The notes: generated by a model from the sequence alone, not told the origin. 64,000 nt of DNA from Sessilibacter corallicola (GCF_021290925.1 NZ_JAJSLX010000002.1:1110235-1174234); one strand, 5' to 3'. Counted from the stretch's first letter, positions 30,113 through 39,526 are shown. A program made the numbers and translations.

Positions 30113-30806
30113 GAAGCCTTCCATTTTTGTGATTGAAGACGAAAAAGATCTTGGCGAACTTATGTGTCGTTCATTGACCAGTTTTCGGTATCAGGTTCGT
30201 TATTTTTCTCGCGGCGAACAAGCGTTGTTAGAATTTAATAAGCAAACACCCGATATTTGTATCGTTGATTTAAACCTTCCCGATATTGACGGCATGGAAT
30301 TGGTTAAGCAGTTAGAAGATAAAGATACCGGCGTGATTATTGTCTCTGGCCGCGATGCCTTAACCGACCGTGTTTTGGGTTTGGAATTCGGTGCCGACGA
30401 TTACATCACTAAACCGTTTGAACCGCGTGAATTAGTGGCGCGAGTACAGAGCTTGTTGCGTCGCTTGCGCAAGAAAAAACAGCAGAGTGTGACGGTATAC
30501 AAACAAGCGCATTTTGCCAATTGGGTTTTTAAGCCTGAATCGCTGAGCTTGCATTTAATCGACAAAAGCGATGAAACGCTCAGTCGCGCAGAAGGTGAGA
30601 TCTTGCTGGCACTGCTCAAGCATCCCTTCCAAATACTCTCGCGTGACCAGCTGTTGGGTGAAAACAGCGCGCCCTATGATCGCAGCATTGATGTTCGAAT
30701 GTCGAGATTGAGAAAAAAGATCGAGTCCGATCCTCAGCACCCTGTACTGATAAAAACCGTATATGGTGCGGGTTATATGTTGGCCTGTGATGTCAATTGG
30801 GTGTGA
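30099..30806 (+). CDS. OmpR-family response regulator (receiver + winged-helix)
   Basis: Start taken at MSEFEKPSIFVIEDEKDLG (30099); the ORF track begins at 30087. C-terminal trans_reg_C-like (…IKTVYGAGYMLA). Overlaps the kinase stop, indicating an operon. Confidence 0.8.
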   Translation: MSEFEKPSIFVIEDEKDLGELMCRSLTSFRYQVRYFSRGEQALLEFNKQTPDICIVDLNLPDIDGMELVKQLEDKDTGVIIVSGRDALTDRVLGLEFGADDYITKPFEPRELVARVQSLLRRLRKKKQQSVTVYKQAHFANWVFKPESLSLHLIDKSDETLSRAEGEILLALLKHPFQILSRDQLLGENSAPYDRSIDVRMSRLRKKIESDPQHPVLIKTVYGAGYMLACDVNWV

Positions 30807-30821
30807 TTACCCGTTGGTTGT

Positions 30822-30859
30822 CTTTCATATCAAAATAAGCCTTTCATATCAAAATAAAT
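30822..30859. repeat. 18-bp tandem direct repeat CTTTCATATCAAAATAAG/A x2 immediately downstream of the regulator gene
   Basis: Read directly from the sequence. Confidence 0.7.
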
Positions 30860-31112
30860 AGGTACATATCTTTTTGGATAACTTTCTGTTTGTGGTGTTG
30901 CTCTTCAATCTGCGGCGATAAAAATAATATTCAATAAATACAAAGGCTTATAAAGTATTTTGTATTTTTGGCGCTACTTGGCCTGTCCTTCGCTATATAC
31001 CCACCGAGCTTAAATCGTGATTGTAATTAGCGGGTCTGATTCTGTTTGTCAGCCTGGTGCACGAATCCCTGATCTCGATGTATACCAATTAACCTTCAAT
31101 TTAAGCCCAGCC

Positions 31113-31185
31113 GTTTTTGTAGCTCACTGGTAGAGCGATCGGACATTTAATCGATTGGTAGCGAGTTCAATTCTCGCCAAAAACT
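31113..31185 (+). pseudogene. tRNA-like sequence (probable pseudo-tRNA or unusual tRNA with an 8-nt anticodon loop)
   Basis: Cloverleaf can be drawn. Acceptor GTTTTTG/CAAAAAC, U8, D-arm GCTC-ACTGGTA-GAGC (A14, G18G19, A21), anticodon stem ATCGG/TCGAT with loop ACATTTAA (8 nt), variable TGGTA, T-arm GCGAG-TTCAATT-CTCGC (G53, T54 T55 C56, A58, C61). No encoded CCA. Further T-arm-like fragments at ~31057-31076 and ~31212-31232. Confidence 0.4.
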
Positions 31186-31367
31186 CCCTTACTGGTCATC
31201 CGAAAGGACAGGGTTCGACTCCCTATTTAATGAATAGATAAAGAGACTCATAACTCTGTTGATGTTTATTTTTCAACAGAGATCTGAAGCCAAGTTTGAA
31301 TGTTATGGGTTAATACGCAACGTATTTATGGGTAGAACGATAAACGTTAGTTTCCGATAAATCCCTT

Positions 31368-32573
31368 GTGTATTTAAATAATATTCTCTTGTGTGGACGG
31401 TGGGTCTCGTTACATGGAATGATGCAAATGTTTTATAAAATACTTTCTGACAACGAACGTGGATTACTGTTTGTTGATAACAATCTCACCAAAATTTTAG
31501 GCCCAGGCAAACATTGGCTGGTTGGGTGGGGTAAGCGCATTAATGTTGAGGTTTACGATATTACTCGCGTAGTCTTTGAGCACGAAAAATTAGCCTTCTT
31601 TCTGAAAAATAATTCGCAATTGTTCGAGCCGTTTGTCGATGTTATTAAATTGACTGATGATCAAGTGGGTATCGTCTACTTAGATGGCAATTTTCACGAT
31701 ATTATTAATCCGGGAACGCTTTATGTAACCTGGAAAGGTAGCCAAGATATTAAGGTAAAAGTACTGTCGTTATCAGAAGGTTATCAAGTGCCTGATCAGT
31801 ATGTGCCGATTATTGGATCGGTGAGAAGAAGCGGTAATCTGCGAAAACACGCCGATGCCATTCTTTTTACCGACGTTCCCGAAGGTCATATCGGTTTGTT
31901 ATACGTCGACGGTAAGTTTGAAAAAACGCTGGCTAACGGTTGGTACGGATTTTGGAAATACAATCATTTAATCGCCATTAAATTAATTGATTTACGAGTG
32001 CAAAATATTGATGTTAGCGGCCAAGAAATTTTAACGAAAGATCGTGTTAGTGTGCGTATTAATTTATCGGCGAACTATAAAGTGGTTGATCCCGAATTGG
32101 CGACCGCTGCATTAAAAGACTTTAACGGTTTTATGTACTTAGAGTTGCAGTTATTGCTGCGCGAAGCGGTGGGCACCAAACTCTTAGATGAGCTTTTAGA
32201 AGATAAAAGCGTTATTAACGACGTTGTTTATCAAGGCGCCATCGAAAAGTTAGGCAGCTACGGCATTGAGTTGATCAGTGTGGGTGTAAAAGACATTATT
32301 CTTCCGGGCGATATGAAGCTGATTTTAAACCAAGTGGTTCAAGCCCAAAAAGAAGCCGAAGCAAACTTGATTAAGCGAAAAGAAGAAACCCAAGCCATGC
32401 GCTCCATGCACAACACCGCAAAAGTTATGGAAAATAACCCCATGATTATTCGTTTAAAAGAATTGGAAGCGTTAGAAAGAATCACCACCAAAATCGATAC
32501 ATTAACCGTGTATGGTGGCTTAGACGGTGTATTGAATAACCTGATTCAAATAAACCAAACGCCGCAAAATTGA
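31368..32573 (+). CDS. SPFH/Band 7 (stomatin/prohibitin-like) domain membrane protein
   Basis: 401 aa. The central SPFH pattern (…VSVRINLSANYKVVDP…GIELISVGVKDIILPGDMKLILNQVVQAQKEAEA…) is followed by a coiled-coil. Confidence 0.7.
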   Translation: MYLNNILLCGRWVSLHGMMQMFYKILSDNERGLLFVDNNLTKILGPGKHWLVGWGKRINVEVYDITRVVFEHEKLAFFLKNNSQLFEPFVDVIKLTDDQVGIVYLDGNFHDIINPGTLYVTWKGSQDIKVKVLSLSEGYQVPDQYVPIIGSVRRSGNLRKHADAILFTDVPEGHIGLLYVDGKFEKTLANGWYGFWKYNHLIAIKLIDLRVQNIDVSGQEILTKDRVSVRINLSANYKVVDPELATAALKDFNGFMYLELQLLLREAVGTKLLDELLEDKSVINDVVYQGAIEKLGSYGIELISVGVKDIILPGDMKLILNQVVQAQKEAEANLIKRKEETQAMRSMHNTAKVMENNPMIIRLKELEALERITTKIDTLTVYGGLDGVLNNLIQINQTPQN

Positions 32574-32726
32574 TAACGTAGATCATAACAAGCACGGGTG
32601 CATACAGTGCTTGTTATGGATCTGTAAAGATTGGGGTTTTGGTTACAAATGGCACAGGCCATAATGCTACCGATTGTGTTTATCTGGTGTTATATTTCTT
32701 TCTATGTAACCTAACTTGTACTAGCC

Positions 32727-32994
32727 CTAGGGCCTGTTCACACTAATTTAACCGCACCTGTCGCCCCTAAAACGCGTCAGTCTAGGCGTGAGGAGTGCAG
32801 TTTAGCGCGCTAAATAAGCGACGAACAACAACGAATGGCGTGTTTTAGGGGCGACCCTAGGGGCTCGGCGTATTTTTCCCGTATTTCGTGTTGCAGCTCG
32901 TTCATTTGGAATAACCAAATCACACTCACTGCGCCTAAAATACGAAAAAAATACACTCCAGCAGGTGTGATTAAATTAGTGTGAACAGGCCCTA
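32727..32994. mobile_element. MITE-like element (copy 2, inverted relative to copy 1; ~10-bp internal indel)
   Basis: Begins CTAG-GGCCTGTTCACACTAATTTAACCGCACCTG… and ends …CAGGTGTGATTAAATTAGTGTGAACAGGCC-CTAT. Roughly 95% identical by eye to the reverse complement of 17586..17843. Confidence 0.8.
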
Positions 32995-33013
32995 TGCAAA
33001 CAGACGTAATATT

Positions 33014-33622
33014 ATGAGCGCTTCCGATTTACACACGGTGCAAGACAACGCCCTAGCTGCACTGAGAGCGGTGATGACCTCTTACGCCCCAATCAGTGAC
33101 AGTACCTGGCAAGCGTTAAAAAGTGTGTGTCGGTTTCGTTCATTGTCAAAGAATACCGTGTTGTACCACGCCGGTGATATTCCCAGTACTTACGCGTTTA
33201 TTTATCAAGGGCTTTTTCGGTGTTACGTGTGCGATGAAAAAGGCACCGAGTACAATAAAAACTTTTTTGACGAAGGCATGTTTCCGGGTTCCATGACGGC
33301 ATTGTTAACCCATACGCCGTCGAAATTAGCGTTTCAGGCGTTGGAGGCATCCGATGTTATCGAGATTAATTTTTCGGCTTATCGACAATTGTTACTCGAA
33401 AAAGACGATTTAAAGTTATTTCAAATACATTATTTAGAAAAGAACTGGTTACTCGCGAAAGATGCCCGCGAGATTGAGCTTGTTCAAGAAGAGGCCACCG
33501 CGCGTTATTTGCGTTTTGTCGATACCTTTCCCAAACTGGTGGAACGCTTGCCCCAATACCATATTGCCTCACATCTAGGCATTACTCCCACCCAGCTCAG
33601 CCGTATTCGTAAAAGTTTGTAG
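33014..33622 (+). CDS. Crp/Fnr-family transcriptional regulator (cNMP-binding + HTH)
   Basis: cNMP-binding beta-roll region and C-terminal HTH (…IASHLGITPTQLSRIRKSL). ATG at 33014 chosen because the GTG at 32981 lies inside the MITE. Confidence 0.7.
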   Translation: MSASDLHTVQDNALAALRAVMTSYAPISDSTWQALKSVCRFRSLSKNTVLYHAGDIPSTYAFIYQGLFRCYVCDEKGTEYNKNFFDEGMFPGSMTALLTHTPSKLAFQALEASDVIEINFSAYRQLLLEKDDLKLFQIHYLEKNWLLAKDAREIELVQEEATARYLRFVDTFPKLVERLPQYHIASHLGITPTQLSRIRKSL

Positions 33623-33734
33623 GGTGGTTTAAAAACCGAATTTACGGTTTATCAACCTATGTAAATGCGTTTGCGTATTGCGTCGATTACCCTGGCCTCA
33701 CTTGTTACAAACAGGACAACAAAGAGGTATTCCC

Positions 33735-34361
33735 ATGACCGTAATAGACGCATTGCAATGGCGGTATTCCGTTAAAAAATTCTCAGAACGCAAAGTTTCT
33801 TCTGAACAACTTCAGCAATTGCTCGATGCAACACGCTTAAGCGCATCCGCATTTGGCCTTCAGCCCTATAAAATCATCGTGGTAAACACCGACTCGATTC
33901 GAGAACAGTTGGTGGACTATTCCTGTGATCAAGACAAAGTATTGTATTCGTCTCACTTGATTGTAATGGCGATAGAGACCGTTATCGATGACCACTTGAT
34001 CGATCAATACATCACAAAGCACAGTGCTACTACCGGCCAATCATTGCCGGAATTAAAAGCGTTGGAAGAACATATTAAATCGGTATTTCGAGATAAATCC
34101 GCACAACAAAAACAAGAGTGGGCGCATCACCAGAGTTTTATTGCCCTCGGAAATTTACTCACTGCCGCAGCCATAATGCAAATAGACAGCTGCCCAATGA
34201 CTGGCTTTGATGCCTCCGGTTTCGACAAGGTGTTAAAGTTACATCAAAAAGGTTTAACCAGCAGTTGGGTTTGTCCTATTGGTTATCGCCACTGGGAAGA
34301 TCAGCGTGCTAACAGCCCGAAAGTACGCTTTAGTCACCAAGAAATGGTGTTGGAGATTTAA
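33735..34361 (+). CDS. Nitroreductase-family NAD(P)H oxidoreductase
   Basis: MTVIDALQWRYSVKKF… is a typical nitroreductase N-terminus. AAGAGG RBS upstream of the ATG at 33735. Confidence 0.75.
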   Translation: MTVIDALQWRYSVKKFSERKVSSEQLQQLLDATRLSASAFGLQPYKIIVVNTDSIREQLVDYSCDQDKVLYSSHLIVMAIETVIDDHLIDQYITKHSATTGQSLPELKALEEHIKSVFRDKSAQQKQEWAHHQSFIALGNLLTAAAIMQIDSCPMTGFDASGFDKVLKLHQKGLTSSWVCPIGYRHWEDQRANSPKVRFSHQEMVLEI

Positions 34362-34362
34362 C

Positions 34363-34818
34363 GTGAACGCGCTACCCATACTGGCTTTTTGTGCCGGCAG
34401 CGCGATTGCCGTACAGGCGTCAATGAATGCTCAACTGGGGGTGTTGTTAAAAAGCTCCATGTTGGGAACCGGAATTGCATTTTTATTTGCCTGTTTTTTT
34501 ACCGTGCTGGTTGTTGTGTCATCCAAACAATACCCACTATTAACCGATGTAAAAACCGTACCGATTTATTTATGGTTTTCCGGCGGTGCCATCGCCGCAT
34601 TTGGCGTGGGTGTATTCTATTATTTAATTCCTAAAATGGGGGTTGGTTCGATGATGTCATTCGCGTTATCCGGGCAAATACTGACCGCGATAATATCCAG
34701 CCATTTCGGTTGGTTTGATCAACCAACAAAACCCATCGACAGCAAAGTTATTATTGGAACCGCCGCATTAGTTGTTGGTATCTTATTAATCAATTGGGAA
34801 TCGAGTCATGACTATTAA
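34363..34818 (+). CDS. DUF606/YdcZ-like small membrane protein (DMT superfamily fold)
   Basis: ~150 aa with 4-5 TM segments. GTG start inferred, so uncertain. Confidence 0.45.
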   Translation: MNALPILAFCAGSAIAVQASMNAQLGVLLKSSMLGTGIAFLFACFFTVLVVVSSKQYPLLTDVKTVPIYLWFSGGAIAAFGVGVFYYLIPKMGVGSMMSFALSGQILTAIISSHFGWFDQPTKPIDSKVIIGTAALVVGILLINWESSHDY

Positions 34819-35590
34819 TCAATTAAATATTACCAACCTAACCGGCTTGTGGAATAAATACGGCGCAAATCCAATTGAATCTATTCATGGCGTAACATTA
34901 CGCGGCAATCGTTCATGGCCGAACCGTTATTGGTTTGAAATTACCGATTCTGAACAAGTGGATAACCTAACGCCCAATCAACTCGAAAAAACACTGGATA
35001 AACTTATAAATTTAGTGCCAAGCCCGAAAATGTTACCGATATTGCCTTTGGTTAACGGATCGGAAAAAAGCAATAAAGCAATCAATGAATGGCTACAGCA
35101 ATACCTAGATAACAACAATTGGCAGCTAACGCTAGAACAAACCGCCATGTACCTGGATTTAGAAAGTTATCCGTCTAATTCAGCTGCTAATAACAATCAA
35201 TTAAACGTGCAAAAAATATCATCCGTTGAAGATATAAAAACCTGGATAACTGTATGCGAAGAAGCCTTCGGTTACAGCATTGATCAATCCGTAATTGAGC
35301 AAGTAAAAAACCACAGCGAAATACAACTGCTGCTAGCGCACATCAATAACCAACCCGTCGCCACAGCGTTAACTTATATCACACAAGATATCGTAGGCGT
35401 TCACCAAGTAGGTGTACGAAAAAATCAACAAGGCAAAGGCATTGCTAAACAACTGATGGAAAAAATTATTGAGCAAAATAAATTGGATAATAAAAAATTT
35501 ATAGTACTGCAAGCCTCAAAAGTAGGGAAGCCATTGTATGATCGGTTGGGGTTTGGGGTGTTGTTTGAGATTGGTAGTTTTAAGCGGTAA
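34808..35590 (+). CDS. GNAT-family N-acetyltransferase
   Basis: C-terminal acetyl-CoA-binding motif (…VGVRKNQQGKGIAKQLMEKII…YDRLGF). AT/Asn-rich N-terminal half. Confidence 0.6.
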   Translation: MTINQLNITNLTGLWNKYGANPIESIHGVTLRGNRSWPNRYWFEITDSEQVDNLTPNQLEKTLDKLINLVPSPKMLPILPLVNGSEKSNKAINEWLQQYLDNNNWQLTLEQTAMYLDLESYPSNSAANNNQLNVQKISSVEDIKTWITVCEEAFGYSIDQSVIEQVKNHSEIQLLLAHINNQPVATALTYITQDIVGVHQVGVRKNQQGKGIAKQLMEKIIEQNKLDNKKFIVLQASKVGKPLYDRLGFGVLFEIGSFKR

Positions 35591-36210
35591 TTGAATTTAA
35601 CATATAGAGTGATGAATTCTAATCATGGTTGACAAAAAATATCAATTTTTTCATCATGCCAATAATAAAAAGGCATCTATAAAATTACCACCAATACAAC
35701 GAAAGCCATCAGTTAACCGATATTGTTGATCGGATCAATGCCAAATTTGGCTCCGCAGTCATACTCATCAGAAGTTAGTGAGTAACCCATCTGCGGGACA
35801 GTTTCTATAGTGTCAGCACTGTTTATGAAATAAAAAGATCAGAGGTTGCGTTGTATAGCTAACAAAGTATGGAGATTGTTTTCAAACTCTTTAAAGAGTC
35901 TTATCTATTATTTTATTGCGGCCTGGAGGATTTTGGCGCCAGTGGCGTATCTTTATTTGTTGAATATTTAAAAAGCAATAATGAAGAAGTTTATAAATGC
36001 GCTATAAATGCCAAAAGTTCTTTACAGATTTCCTTTGATGGTCGAATATTCTTTTTTAAGTCTGTGTGTGAATAAATAGAGTGTGTGGGTTGGATTGTTT
36101 TTGCACAGCTATGGGCGGGTAAGAAGGGGTTTTTTCACCCGATATTCTCCCAGTCTTTGATGATGAATCGGCAGGAATGCCTATAGTAGTTTCAAAAGTG
36201 AATAAACCTG

Positions 36211-36777
36211 ATGGACAGTAAGTACGTTAGAAAAACAATTATAGACATACTAAATACAGCGCTCTCTGGCAAAGCTTCATTCGATGAGGTGGCGGAAAGA
36301 GCTAGATTTATTGATTCATCAATGGTTAAAAACCGGATTGATTGGCTCGCACTCGAGGTTTTGAAGAGTCTGAACTATCCAGAATTAGTTGTTCATGGTT
36401 CTTCCTCCCTTGACGATTTTTATAAAATAAATGATTTGAACTACTGGGGTGTTTTGCTTGAAGGAAAGAATTTTAGGAAACCTTCTAGGGTGCCTACTTA
36501 TCAGGTGATAGGTTTTAATGATTTGAGATTACTAAAGAAAACAAAGATATTTAGGGCGCTCAATATCGACGTTACTTCACTTGAAAATAAAATTGGAGTG
36601 AGAGCAATTAAAGGTAAGGAGGGTTTTGATTTCTTTGTTAAGTTTTTATTAGAGCATGAGTCCGGCAAGCAAGTTGTTTTGACCTCTATAGCTGTTGATG
36701 GTTTTAAAATATTCGATGTAGAAGGAGATCCAGCTCTTTCCATAACAGAGCTTGAACCTTTGTATAAGTTGACTTAA
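36211..36777 (+). CDS. Hypothetical protein (AT-rich island)
   Basis: 188-aa ORF in a low-GC region with no recognised family. Followed 10 bp later by the next ORF. Confidence 0.35.
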   Translation: MDSKYVRKTIIDILNTALSGKASFDEVAERARFIDSSMVKNRIDWLALEVLKSLNYPELVVHGSSSLDDFYKINDLNYWGVLLEGKNFRKPSRVPTYQVIGFNDLRLLKKTKIFRALNIDVTSLENKIGVRAIKGKEGFDFFVKFLLEHESGKQVVLTSIAVDGFKIFDVEGDPALSITELEPLYKLT

Positions 36778-36787
36778 TAAGAAAGAA

Positions 36788-37249
36788 ATGGATTTGAAAA
36801 ATAGTCTTTGGACAAGCTTTATCAAAACAATCGAGAATGAAAAAACGATTTATAGAGGAGCCATAGGATTTGGTGCTGTGACTCCTGAGCCGCTTGCAGC
36901 GTTCTATAAATTTTTAGATCTAACAGAAAACTCAGAAGAATATTTTGTGAGCGGCTTGAATGATGACCGGCCTATTGTTGTTGGGTACTGTTTGTTTGGC
37001 CTTTTCGAGATCAACAGCAATGTGATAGGAGCAGTTGACTTGGAATTATTGGCGAATGATGAAATAATTAAATGGCAGTTCGGAAGTATTAGATGTGTTG
37101 GAACACTAACAGACTTCTATCAACAGCTCCTTTATGAAAAGAATAAAGGTAAGACTTATCATTTTAGAGATAAGGCTGTTGAAAAAATAGTGCGTCGAGT
37201 GATGAGTGACTTTTCTATTAAAAATAAGAAAAGTAAATGGAATGGTTAA
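36788..37249 (+). CDS. Hypothetical protein (AT-rich island; possible immunity-type protein)
   Basis: 153-aa ORF tightly linked to 36211..36777. No recognised family. Confidence 0.3.
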   Translation: MDLKNSLWTSFIKTIENEKTIYRGAIGFGAVTPEPLAAFYKFLDLTENSEEYFVSGLNDDRPIVVGYCLFGLFEINSNVIGAVDLELLANDEIIKWQFGSIRCVGTLTDFYQQLLYEKNKGKTYHFRDKAVEKIVRRVMSDFSIKNKKSKWNG

Positions 37250-37387
37250 TAAGCGTAATTAAGGTTTCGAGAAATTAGCTTTACTTTTAAGTCCGCAGTC
37301 AGGGTCTACTATGATTAAATTTTTCTTCGAACAAGCCTCTCGGTATTATTGATGTAATGATAAATGTTAAGGATAATGGCAAGATAA

Positions 37388-38178
37388 CTAGGGCCTGTTC
37401 ACACTAATCAGACTGTCAGCTATCAGTGAGAAGTTGATGAAAAACCTGAATACAACATCGAGCTTGTCAAAACGGCTGAATATTCTTCGAAATCCTTTCA
37501 ATCGTCGAAACATACGCTCTACCTCATGTACATCTCTTTGTCGTATTCCCACGGTATCTTTGGGGGAACAACCGGCATCACTTCTAAATCCAAAAAAGCT
37601 GGCGCGTATCATCGCCTTCGTAGGCTTTGTCCATGATGACACTTGCCCTTTCCCAGCCACAGTTTTCCATAGTTCTTAACAGATTGCGGCTTTCAGGCGC
37701 ATCTCCTGACTGTCTTGGCGATAACGAAAAAGCCACGTCTGTCTTATCGTCAGCCTCTACCATGTGAATTTTAGTTGTCCATCCGCCTCTTGATTTACCA
37801 ATGGCTTGTTGACCGTTTTTTTAACGCTCCTGTGCCATCGGATGAGTTTTAATGATTGTGCTATTCAGAGAAACTTGATCGACTTGGATATTGATAACAT
37901 CCGCACTTTGGAGCACTGGGAAAACATGATTCAACCCCCCTTTTTTTGCCCAACGATTCACACGCATGTAAATGGCATACCACTAACCAAAGCGCTCGGG
38001 AAGACCTCTCCGCTTGCAGCCGTGTTCTGCAACGTATAATACGGCGTTAATGACCTGTATATTCGGTACTTTTACATTACCACGCTGCACTGGGAGCAAA
38101 TGTTCAATAATTTTAAATTGCGATTTTGTAATTTCCATAAGCGCAGATTTTATCAAATTTTGTGTGAGCAGACCCTAG
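37388..38178 (-). mobile_element. Degraded IS5-family insertion sequence (IS427/IS1031-like transposase pseudogene with in-frame stops and a frameshift), flanked by CTAG target duplications
   Basis: Minus-strand translation gives LPERFG*WYAIYMRVNRWAKKGGLN…, IGKSRGGWTTKIHMVEADDKTDVAFSLSPRQSGDAPESRNLLRTM…IMDKAYEGDDTRQLF, and in another frame …ERMFRRLKGFRRIFSRFDKLDVVFRFFINF. These are hallmark IS5-family motifs. Right end is GGCCTGTTCACACTAAT (37392→), left end GTGTGAGCAGACC (38162..38174); the right terminus matches the MITE termini. Confidence 0.75.
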
Positions 38179-38350
38179 GTATCAACTTAACATTCAAATT
38201 CTGTTAATCATAATTATTTGACGGTATTTGAATTTTAAAACTTGTGGTTTGTGTCTCATATATTGGCGTCTGTAATTCTATAGATATTCTTTAAATTTGA
38301 GAGAATTAGATGGCTTTATAAATTTATCATTTACTATTTAGGATGCGGCT

Positions 38351-38929
38351 ATGGCTTTGTTTCACGATTCTATTGTTAATCGTGCTATCGACAGATTCGC
38401 TAAAGATGATAACCCTTCATTGTTGCAGTGGAACCAGCTTAAATCACTTTCGCAAGTACAAAAGAATTTAATTGCTTATGAAGCGAGCAGTCGATCTATG
38501 TCGTTCGAGCAACTCATAGACGAAGCTCATGATTCCTCCCGATTGGCTCGACACATGAGCACCCATGGTGATCCAAGGCCTACATCTAATTGTGATTGCC
38601 ATGCGATTGTTGCTGGTGGTGACCCGCGCGCGGTTCCATTGAGAGCCGTTTTGGCGTGGTTAAAGCTGAGGATAGATATGCCATTCAATGGGGTTTGGTT
38701 ACCACATAATACCGCAGCAGTTCCTACAATGCCGAGTTATTTACGTAAGGCGGTTCCTCACAGTAGAATACATCGCAATGGTTATTACCGATGGTTAGCT
38801 ACGTTAATTGATGTGAGCCTTATTAAGGATAGTCAAACATTGGTTAAGACATTAAAAGATATTCGTTTTAAACTCGAAACGTCCACTTTTCCTGGTTATG
38901 TAATGTTAAAGGCTAATGAGTTACCATGA
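38351..38929 (+). CDS. Putative HNH/EndoVII-fold nuclease toxin domain protein (AHH/SHH-like, degenerate CHA variant)
   Basis: The C-terminal half carries CHAIVAGG…NGVWLPHN…HSRIHRNGYY…, resembling the AHH/GHH polymorphic-toxin nuclease pattern ([AGS]HH…NGV.LP…H..H…Y). A 4-bp ATGA overlap with the downstream gene suggests toxin/immunity coupling. Confidence 0.35.
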   Translation: MALFHDSIVNRAIDRFAKDDNPSLLQWNQLKSLSQVQKNLIAYEASSRSMSFEQLIDEAHDSSRLARHMSTHGDPRPTSNCDCHAIVAGGDPRAVPLRAVLAWLKLRIDMPFNGVWLPHNTAAVPTMPSYLRKAVPHSRIHRNGYYRWLATLIDVSLIKDSQTLVKTLKDIRFKLETSTFPGYVMLKANELP

Positions 38930-39507
38930 TTTATCGAATAACCCACAATGAACAATTCTTAATGCATGTGATTCCTCCTGTAGAATCCATGCGAAAGCTG
39001 GGTGAAGTGTACGGCACGTTTGCCTTTGATGCGTCGCCAAAAGCCTATTTGGAATACTGGCAGCCATTAACCATAGAGTTTAAACAATGTTCCGGTAGTA
39101 AAGCCACGGATATTCCTGATTTGTCAGAAAACTTCGGTCGGTTGTTTCTATCTGAGCGGGCGCATGAGGTTTTAAAAGATTTATTGTTGCTATCCGGCGA
39201 GTTGTTACCTGTTATTTATAAGCAGGGTAGAGGTTATATTTTTAATCCATTAAAAACCGTTGAAGAATTTAATGCCTATGATGAATCTAAATGCGTGTAC
39301 GACGACAATGGCAATCTAACGTATCTAGCGATTGATGAATTTGCTGTCGAAAATTATGGTTGTTTGAAAACTCAACGCGATGCATATAAAGCAATGTATT
39401 GTTCCGAAGAAATTAAGCAAGCGTGTGAATCGGCGGGTTTAACCGGTGTTGTTTTTCATAAAGATCTTGCTAATCCCATTGGTGAGTCATTTGGTGAAGT
39501 TCATTGA
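38926..39507 (+). CDS. Hypothetical protein; candidate cognate immunity protein
   Basis: 193 aa, translationally coupled to 38351..38929. Acidic. No recognised family. Confidence 0.3.
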   Translation: MIYRITHNEQFLMHVIPPVESMRKLGEVYGTFAFDASPKAYLEYWQPLTIEFKQCSGSKATDIPDLSENFGRLFLSERAHEVLKDLLLLSGELLPVIYKQGRGYIFNPLKTVEEFNAYDESKCVYDDNGNLTYLAIDEFAVENYGCLKTQRDAYKAMYCSEEIKQACESAGLTGVVFHKDLANPIGESFGEVH

Positions 39508-39526
39508 TCTAGTGTTATAGAGTTGC

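Noticed and set aside
31100-31260. tmRNA (ssrA) hypothesis for the tRNA-like region
   Set aside because: No tmRNA 5' acceptor/tag-reading-frame features and no terminal CCACCA-type end. It fits a tRNA-like pseudogene plus fragments better.
35690-35850. Short minus-strand fragment (MGYSLTSDEYDCGAKFGIDPINNIG) that might be a remnant of an upstream toxin gene
   Set aside because: Only 26 aa between stops and no recognisable motif, so too weak to call.
37806-38039. 77-aa plus-strand ORF and 37434..37679 81-aa ORF
   Set aside because: Both lie inside the IS5-family remnant on the opposite strand from the recognisable transposase motifs.
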